Assembly (NCBI GenBank): GCA_042566005.1
Contig: JBHORO010000003.1
Location: 1 to 63,914 of the forward strand
Length of the DNA stretch: 63,914 nt
Direction: 5' to 3'
Origin: Verrucomicrobiota bacterium
GTDB taxonomy: Bacteria; Verrucomicrobiota; Kiritimatiellia; Kiritimatiellales; JBHORO01
In this document: piece by piece, positions 57,421-63,914 of the stretch
Layout of the letters: the number at the start of each line of letters is the position of its first letter
Numbering within the stretch: position 1 is the first letter of the stretch
Translations under genes and position numbers: made by a program
Notes under the pieces: generated by a model
What the model was told of the DNA's origin: nothing
Seen by the model: the letters and a program-made list of their open reading frames with translations, nothing else
The model's database searches: none

Positions 57421-57449
57421 AAAAGGCGGCCCGTTTCGGCCGCCTTTTT
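57421..57449. terminator. Bidirectional intrinsic terminator between convergent operons
   Basis: AAAAGGCGGCC-CGTTTC-GGCCGCCTTTTT. Confidence 0.8.
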
Positions 57450-57551
57450 ATTAATCAGGCACACCCCGAATTAACGGAAAAAGAAAGCCCGCAAAATTTC
57501 GCGGTTGTTTCGCGTATTTTGCGGGCCTCTGAATCACTTACCGTAACGAGT

Positions 57552-57992
57552 TTAAATAATGTAATCCGGTGGAGGGGCGGTTTTCTTTTTAATCTTTTCC
57601 GCCAGGTCAGCAACCGTGATAGCCGCGCTCTCTTCACGCAGCACGGAGGAAAGTCGATTCCATACCTCACGCGTCGGACAGACGTCCTCCTGATCGCAGG
57701 TATCGCAACCGCTGCTCTCGACCAGCTCCAGCTTGCCTTCAAAGATTTCGATAATATCCAAGACCGTAATTTCTTCTGCAGGACGGTTGAGCAAGTAGCC
57801 GCCGTGGCGCCCGCGGACCGCGGTAATAACTCCGGCGTTACGCAACGGAATCAAAATCTGCTCCATATAGGCAGTGGAGATGTCCTGCTTCTTGGCAATA
57901 TCTTTGCCGCCAGCCGGCTTGCCATCTTCCGTATCCACCGCGATCTGCAACAGAATCCGCAAACCGTAACGAGGTTTTGTAGAAAGTTTCAT
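57552..57992 (-). CDS. Rrf2 family transcriptional regulator (CymR/IscR-like)
   Basis: MKLSTKPRYGLR, YMEQIL, VRGRHGGYLL, three Cys in CDTCDQEDVC. Confidence 0.92.
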   Translation of the reverse strand: MKLSTKPRYGLRILLQIAVDTEDGKPAGGKDIAKKQDISTAYMEQILIPLRNAGVITAVRGRHGGYLLNRPAEEITVLDIIEIFEGKLELVESSGCDTCDQEDVCPTREVWNRLSSVLREESAAITVADLAEKIKKKTAPPPDYII

Positions 57993-57995
57993 AAA

Positions 57996-58853
57996 TTATA
58001 TTCCCTGCCCTGCAAGAATCTCCTGCCGCACTTTATTTTCATCCAAGCGGTCCAACATGTGGCCCAGTCGTTCGCGGGACCGTCCGTGTTGCTTATAATA
58101 GCGAATGGTTTTATCGACCAGCTCAAGCACCTCGTCCTGCGTGGCGATGTTTTCCGCCAGCGGAACAGCCAGACGCGGCCGTTTACCGAGCGTTCCGCCA
58201 ATCAGCACGCTGTAGCCGTATGAGTCGGCCGTCCAGCACCCCTTCGGACAACGCACCGTACAGGCACTACAGTTGATGCATTTCTCTTCATCGCGCAGAT
58301 ACTCGCCGTTCTTTTCTGTAATGGCTTTCGGCGCGCACAAATTTACGCAGAGGTTACAGTCAATGCAATCCCCGCGCTCCCAGCTCGGGATGCGGGTCCC
58401 CATAATACCAATATCGGCCTCGCGCGCTTTGCCGCAGTTGTTCGGACAGCCAGTTACCCCGATTTTCACCTTATAGGGTGTCTCCATCCGGAAATAGCGG
58501 CGGTCCAGCTCAGCGGCCATCGCCTTGGTGTCGATGGAGCCGTAGCGGCAGGTGGCGTTGCCGGGACAGGCAATCACGATTCGTACGCGATTTCCCTCAG
58601 CACCCATTTTCAAGCCTGCTGATTCCAGCTCCGCCTGTGCAGCTTTCAGGCTTTCGGTTTCCACCTCGTGAATTTCCACGCCTTGGCGCGAGGTGAGATG
58701 CACCCCGCCCTTGCCGTACTTTTCCGCGACGGACGCTATGGCCTGCAACTGCGCGGCGGTCAGATCTCCGCCGACCGCGCGCAGACGCAGCGCAAAGCGC
58801 CCTTTTTGCTTCTGCTTAATATTACAGCTGTATGCCTTCTCTGAACTCATCAA
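57996..58853 (-). CDS. Small siroheme/[4Fe-4S] sulfite reductase with inserted 2x[4Fe-4S] ferredoxin (AsrC/Dsr-like fold)
   Basis: HLTSRQGVE, ACPGNATC...TGCPNNC, CIDCNLCVNLC, CINCSACTVRCP, RERLG. Confidence 0.85.
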   Translation of the reverse strand: MMSSEKAYSCNIKQKQKGRFALRLRAVGGDLTAAQLQAIASVAEKYGKGGVHLTSRQGVEIHEVETESLKAAQAELESAGLKMGAEGNRVRIVIACPGNATCRYGSIDTKAMAAELDRRYFRMETPYKVKIGVTGCPNNCGKAREADIGIMGTRIPSWERGDCIDCNLCVNLCAPKAITEKNGEYLRDEEKCINCSACTVRCPKGCWTADSYGYSVLIGGTLGKRPRLAVPLAENIATQDEVLELVDKTIRYYKQHGRSRERLGHMLDRLDENKVRQEILAGQGI

Positions 58854-58861
58854 TCGTCCCG

Positions 58862-60718
58862 TTAAATCTGGTAATCCAGAATCACCTGCTGGCGGTTGAG
58901 TTTTTCAAGAACCTGATTGATCGCCTCTTTCGGATCCAGATCGGCCGGAATACTCACATCCACCTCGTAATTCTGCAGCGTATTGTCGCCGACATTAACA
59001 ACAAACAGTTCGTTCGGAGAATTCAGAATCTTAAGTTTCTGCAAATCGACCTCATCCGCACGATCCAGCGAACTGATAAAAATCAGGCCGGAATCAGTCA
59101 GGATACGTGACAGCTCACCGACGCGACGAATATGCTCATCGCGGTCAAAGAAGTTACTGCCGATATCCGCATCCAGACCTTCAAGCAGGCTGGAGATCCC
59201 CAGGTAGTACGACTGACGGCCCGCATTAAACAGCTGCAATTCCAAACGACGCGCAAGGTCCAGCTTGTCTACACCAACGTCACCCACAAACAGCACGGTT
59301 TTACCCTTGTGTCTATTGCGCGCCGCACGTGTCGCCGGATCAACCAAACCGCGCTCCCACAGGAACTCGCGTTTATCAACCTGCGCTTCGAGCGGATGCG
59401 ATGCGGTTGTATCCGCGCCCTCCGGATCACCTGCCGCCAGCTGATGACGCTCAATCATGCCCGCTCCGACCGTATTGTTGGTGATCGGATCGATCAGCAC
59501 AAAACTGCCGGTTTCGTGGTTATCGCCGTAGGCATCAAAGAACAGCGGCAGATGCGTCGTCAGCGTCAGGCGTCCGATCTGGTTCAACTCCAGCGACTGT
59601 GCCTTCTCTTTTTTGAGCGTGTTGATATCCACATGATACTGCAGCTCGGAAATACGCGCCTTCGTCGTACGGCTCGTGTGACGAATCTGATAGGTCTTAC
59701 CTTTCGCCAGCGGAGTCTCGGACATCCAAACGATGCTTGCTTCAAAATGCGCCGCAACGTGCGGCAGGTTTTCAGCGTGAACAATCATCTCGCCCGAGCT
59801 GATATCAATCTCATCATTCAGTTCAATCGTCACCGCCTGCGAAGCAAAAGCCTCTTCGAGGTCGCCGTCAGCAGTCACAATGCGCTTCACGGTCGACTCT
59901 TTCAGCGACGGCAGCGCCTTAATGCGATCGCCCGGGCGAACCACACCGGAACTCACTGTGCCCGCAAACCCACGGAAATGCAGGTCCGGACGCGTCACCA
60001 GCTGAACCGGGAAACGGAAATCCGACAGGTTGCGATCCGCGGAAGTATCGATATCCTCCAGCGTCGCCAACAGCGGCTCGCCTTTATACCAAGGCGTCTG
60101 CTCGGAGGCATCCACCACATTGTCGCCTTTGAGCGCCGACAGCGGGATGAACTGCACGTCCGGAATATCCAGATCCGCGCTGAACTCTTCGAACTCAGCT
60201 TTGATCTCATTGAAACGCTCTTCGCTGAAGTCTACCAAGTCCATCTTGTTAACCGCCACCACGACGTGCTTGATGCCAAGCAACGACACGATGAAGCTGT
60301 GACGTCGGGTCTGCGTAATCACGCCTTTACGGGCATCGATCAAAATCACGGCCAGATCGGCCGTCGACGCGCCCGTAGCCATGTTACGGGTGTACTGCTC
60401 ATGTCCCGGCGTATCCGCGATGATGAATTTACGTTTCGGCGTCGCGAAGTAGCGGTAGGCCACATCGATCGTGATACCCTGCTCACGCTCCGCCTTCAGT
60501 CCGTCCAGCAGCAGCGCGTAGTCGATTTCGCCCTCACCGGCATTACCGACTTTGGCGCTGTCTTTGTGCAGCGTACTGAGCTGATCGTCAAAGATCAGCT
60601 TGCTGTCGTACAGCAGACGCCCAATCAGAGTCGACTTGCCGTCGTCCACCGACCCGCAGGTCAGCAGACGCAACAGACTCTTGTTTTCGTGTTGGTCCAA
60701 AAAGTGATCAATATTCAT
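58862..60718 (-). CDS. cysN: Sulfate adenylyltransferase subunit 1 fused to a degenerate APS-kinase domain
   Basis: [46 protein letters not shown]-terminal CysC-like region (REHIRRVGE) lacks a normal P-loop. Confidence 0.95.
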   Translation of the reverse strand: MNIDHFLDQHENKSLLRLLTCGSVDDGKSTLIGRLLYDSKLIFDDQLSTLHKDSAKVGNAGEGEIDYALLLDGLKAEREQGITIDVAYRYFATPKRKFIIADTPGHEQYTRNMATGASTADLAVILIDARKGVITQTRRHSFIVSLLGIKHVVVAVNKMDLVDFSEERFNEIKAEFEEFSADLDIPDVQFIPLSALKGDNVVDASEQTPWYKGEPLLATLEDIDTSADRNLSDFRFPVQLVTRPDLHFRGFAGTVSSGVVRPGDRIKALPSLKESTVKRIVTADGDLEEAFASQAVTIELNDEIDISSGEMIVHAENLPHVAAHFEASIVWMSETPLAKGKTYQIRHTSRTTKARISELQYHVDINTLKKEKAQSLELNQIGRLTLTTHLPLFFDAYGDNHETGSFVLIDPITNNTVGAGMIERHQLAAGDPEGADTTASHPLEAQVDKREFLWERGLVDPATRAARNRHKGKTVLFVGDVGVDKLDLARRLELQLFNAGRQSYYLGISSLLEGLDADIGSNFFDRDEHIRRVGELSRILTDSGLIFISSLDRADEVDLQKLKILNSPNELFVVNVGDNTLQNYEVDVSIPADLDPKEAINQVLEKLNRQQVILDYQI

Positions 60719-60744
60719 TTTAAATCTCCGTTAAAATCGCTGGT

Positions 60745-61653
60745 TTAAAAGTAGCCTTCGCGTTTTTTGTCCTCCATTGAGGAATCGCCATCCTGGTCAA
60801 TCACGCGGGTGGAACGTTCGCTGACGCGGGTCGTCATCATCTCTTCCACAATTTTCTCGACCGTATCGGCTTCCGACTCCACCGCACCCGTGAGCGGGTA
60901 GCAGCCCAGCGTACGGAAGCGGACTTTACGCATCTCCGGCTTCTCACCCGGCAAGAGCGGGAAGCGTTCGTCATCAACCATGATCAGCACACCGTCGCGT
61001 TCGACCACCGGGCGCTCTTTGGCGAGATAAAGCGGTACCAGCGGAATATTCTCGAGACGGATATACTGCCAGATATCCAGCTCCGTCCAGTTGGACAGCG
61101 GGAACACGCGCACACTCTCGCCCGGATTGATCTTGGCGTTAAAATTCGACCACAGCTCCGGACGCTGGTTTTTCGGGTCCCACTGATGGTTCTGGTCGCG
61201 GAAGGAGAAAATACGCTCTTTGGCGCGCGATTTTTCCTCGTCACGACGGGCCCCGCCGAACGCGCAGTCATACTTGCCGGCATCCAACGCCTGCAACAGC
61301 GCCTGCGTCTTCATCAGGTCCGTGTATTTACGGCTGCCCAAATCGAACGGATTCGCACCAGCCTCCTGGCCTTCCTTGTTGATATGCTCGATCAGGTCCA
61401 GTCCGTTCTCTTTGCAGAACTGGTCACGGAACGTGATCATCTCACGAAACTTAAAGGTGGAGTTCACATGCAGCAACGGGAACGGCACTTTGCCCGGATA
61501 GAAGGCTTTCTGCGCCAGTCGCACCATCACGCCGGAATCCTTGCCGATAGAATAGAGCATTACCGGATTCTCAAACTGACTGTAGGCATCGCGGATAATC
61601 CGGATACTCTCGGCCTCCAACTGCTTCAACTGACTTAGCTGATACTTACTCAT
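60745..61653 (-). CDS. cysD: Sulfate adenylyltransferase subunit 2
   Basis: [50 protein letters not shown]. Confidence 0.97.
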   Translation of the reverse strand: MSKYQLSQLKQLEAESIRIIRDAYSQFENPVMLYSIGKDSGVMVRLAQKAFYPGKVPFPLLHVNSTFKFREMITFRDQFCKENGLDLIEHINKEGQEAGANPFDLGSRKYTDLMKTQALLQALDAGKYDCAFGGARRDEEKSRAKERIFSFRDQNHQWDPKNQRPELWSNFNAKINPGESVRVFPLSNWTELDIWQYIRLENIPLVPLYLAKERPVVERDGVLIMVDDERFPLLPGEKPEMRKVRFRTLGCYPLTGAVESEADTVEKIVEEMMTTRVSERSTRVIDQDGDSSMEDKKREGYF

Positions 61654-62407
61654 GACTATTTCCCTCCAGATCTTTCGTTCTCACAAATTTTCCATTAACA
61701 AAATGCAGGCCGCACTCTTTCTGTTCCGGCCGTTCCCACCACCAGCGTCCGGCGCGGATATCCTCACCGGGCTGAACCGCGCGGGTACAGCTTGCGCAAC
61801 CAATACTGATAAATCCTTTGTCGTGCAGCGGATTGTACGGAACATCGTTTTCCCTGATGTAATCCTGCACCTGCTCCAGCGACCAATCGTAGAGCGGGTT
61901 GAGTTTTACGATTCCGTTGCCCTCGTCCCATTCGACCACCTGCAGGTTCGTACGAGTCGTTCCCTGATCACGACGCAGACCGCAGACCCAACCGTCCGCC
62001 TCCGCCAATGCGCGACGCAATGGATGAATTTTGCGAACGCCGCAACAGAGCTTGCGGTTTTCGATGCTCTCGCGGAACAGGTTCACGCCATGCTCATCAA
62101 CCATCTCTTCGACTTCCGTCGCATCCGGAAACAGCACACGCACCTTCAAGCCGTAGCGCTTTTCCGTCTCCGCCAGCAGATCATACGTTTCCGGAAACAG
62201 GCGCCCCGTATCCAGCGTGATGATCGGCAGCGCAATCTCATAGCGAGCGATCAGATCGGTAATAACCTGATCCTCCTGCCCCAGCGAACTCGCGAACAGC
62301 GGGCTCTCCAGATTAGCCGCCGCCCAGCGAAGAACCTCGACCGGCGACTTGCCTTCCAGTTCCGCCTGCAGCGCCCCGACACCCTCTTTACCAAAAATCG
62401 TTTTCAT
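61646..62407 (-). CDS. cysH: Adenylylsulfate (APS) reductase, thioredoxin-dependent, Fe-S type
   Basis: [17 protein letters not shown] and SIGCASC ([4Fe-4S] ligands), [14 protein letters not shown]. Confidence 0.93.
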   Translation of the reverse strand: MKTIFGKEGVGALQAELEGKSPVEVLRWAAANLESPLFASSLGQEDQVITDLIARYEIALPIITLDTGRLFPETYDLLAETEKRYGLKVRVLFPDATEVEEMVDEHGVNLFRESIENRKLCCGVRKIHPLRRALAEADGWVCGLRRDQGTTRTNLQVVEWDEGNGIVKLNPLYDWSLEQVQDYIRENDVPYNPLHDKGFISIGCASCTRAVQPGEDIRAGRWWWERPEQKECGLHFVNGKFVRTKDLEGNSHE

Positions 62408-62676
62408 AAATCCTTACCTCGTTGATTCGTCTGCACCTTAGTTTGTTTATCGACATAGTAAAGTATAAATCTGCAAATTTTTATCCTGCCCGGACCAGCC
62501 GCCCTTCCGTCTATTTCCACCGGTCCCTGTTTTACAAAGGCCATCCAATTGTATAATTTCTTTTGCAAAATTATACCAATAGGAAGTGCCCAACAAACTT
62601 CCTTCTTTTTTTTGTAACCGAATCGTCAGTTGCGGCGACTAACATTTTTTGCAGCGCTTTTTATAGGAGAGAGAAC

Positions 62677-63914
62677 ATGAATAATTGTAGTTTGAGAACC
62701 TTTCGGCAGCTTCTGATTCCCGTATTGATTTGGTCCGTCTGTCTGAACATATCCGCACAGGATACAGATGACGCAAAAGCCGCACGCAAAGCGGAACGCA
62801 AGGCGCGCAGAGCGGCAGAAAGATCGGCTTCTGCAAAATCCCCGGGGGCACTCGAAACACGAGTGAAAGCAGGCGGAGCAGCCGCGGATGTAGCCGTCAA
62901 CTGGGAAAACATCACGCTCAAAGACTGCATCGAAACTCTCTGCCGCGACCTGAAGATGGAATTTATCATTTCCCCTTCGGTCAACGTGGCGCAGGAAGTG
63001 AGCGTTCGTGCAGGCGACATCACGGAATGGAAACGTAACAACAAACTACTGCTTTTCGATGCGATTCTGGAAACAGCCGGCGTACAGCGCCTTCAGCGCG
63101 GACGCGTCTGGGTCTTCTCTCCCTCCAAGCTCCGCCCGATTGTAGCAGCCGGCGATAATAACGAGCTCAACGGCGGTACAGCCATCATCGGTGTACTCAA
63201 AGTGAAACACATCACCGCCGCTCACGCCGCCGATATCCTGAACACCATCGACGGCAAACCGTCACGCATCTTCCCTCAAAACGGATCCAGCACCCTGCTG
63301 GTATCAGGCACCAAGGATTATCTGCGCCAGACCGAAGAACTTCTCAAGCTGATCGATATGCCGCCGGCCATGCTCACGCACTACATGATCAAACACGCGG
63401 ATGCAGGCGACCTGTCCAACGAGCTCAACAACCTCTTCTACCGCCGGGCGGGCGGCGACGGCTCCACCATTCGCTTTATCCCGATCGCGCGTCTGAATAT
63501 GGTCGTGGTTCACAATGCCCCGGAAAGCATGCACGAAGAGATCAAACACTGGATCAAGATCCTCGACAGCGCCGAGGGCGCCAACGAACGCGTCACCCGC
63601 GTCTACCACATCCAGGTTATCGACGCAGACACCATTGCGAAAACCCTGAACTCGCTCTACTCCGACCTGCACAAGCAGGCACTGGAAAAACAGAAAAAAT
63701 ACGGCGCACAGAAAGCCCAGCAGCCAACCACTCAAGCGACGCAAAAGAAGACAAACAACGCTAAGAAAAAAACGGCCGCCAAAAATTCCACCAAGAAAAG
63801 TAACGGTTCTTCCTCCTCAAACGGCGCATCCCCATCGATCGACTACGCCGAAGAAGAAGTCATCATTCTGGCTGACAAAGATACAAACACACTGATCGTC
63901 AACGCTCCGCTGGA
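62677..63914 (+). CDS. Second secretin (GspD-like) N-terminal part, truncated by window edge
   Basis: Manual translation MNNCSLRTFRQLLIPVLIWSVCLNISAQ...VNWENITLKDCIE...LKVKHITA...IKHADAGDL...ILADKDTNTLIVNA; open to the window end; AGGAG RBS. Confidence 0.8.
   Translation, partial: MNNCSLRTFRQLLIPVLIWSVCLNISAQDTDDAKAARKAERKARRAAERSASAKSPGALETRVKAGGAAADVAVNWENITLKDCIETLCRDLKMEFIISPSVNVAQEVSVRAGDITEWKRNNKLLLFDAILETAGVQRLQRGRVWVFSPSKLRPIVAAGDNNELNGGTAIIGVLKVKHITAAHAADILNTIDGKPSRIFPQNGSSTLLVSGTKDYLRQTEELLKLIDMPPAMLTHYMIKHADAGDLSNELNNLFYRRAGGDGSTIRFIPIARLNMVVVHNAPESMHEEIKHWIKILDSAEGANERVTRVYHIQVIDADTIAKTLNSLYSDLHKQALEKQKKYGAQKAQQPTTQATQKKTNNAKKKTAAKNSTKKSNGSSSSNGASPSIDYAEEEVIILADKDTNTLIVNAPL

Overview
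Chromosomal window from a diderm bacterium, probably PVC superphylum (Kiritimatiellota/Verrucomicrobiota-like; this is inferred from a PEP-CTERM gene, type III glutamine synthetase and general gene style). It holds mostly housekeeping and envelope genes. In order: an lgt / beta-barrel / Wzc-like / short OPX / nadD / rsfS run; a type II secretion operon headed by an M42 peptidase and lacking gspE and gspC; D-aminoacylase, amidase and ferritin; a sigma54-type glnA (GSIII); coaE-rho-tig; a hybrid PAS kinase with a GSCFA protein; a MoxR/Bat operon; DUF134 with a NifX-like remnant; a CaCA antiporter, an MBL hydrolase and a GT2; an NqrB-C-D-E-F cluster; a divergent EF-G paralogue; two tRNA-Tyr and one tRNA-Val around a decayed PEP-CTERM gene; a sulfur-assimilation region; and the 5' part of a second secretin. 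I saw no integrase, transposase or CRISPR array. The best candidates for an undescribed system are: (1) the Nqr-like complex with no NqrA, flanked by an A-type Fe-S carrier and an unknown Cys/His protein; (2) a siroheme reductase keeping two complete siroheme-[4Fe-4S] motifs, paired with a DsrL/GltD-like flavoprotein (broken here by an apparent deletion) and facing a cysH-D-N / AsrC-like / rrf2 operon; (3) a copy of the tRNA-Val 3' end carrying a 68-nt structured insertion in its T-loop. All calls come from reading motifs by eye; no database search was run.
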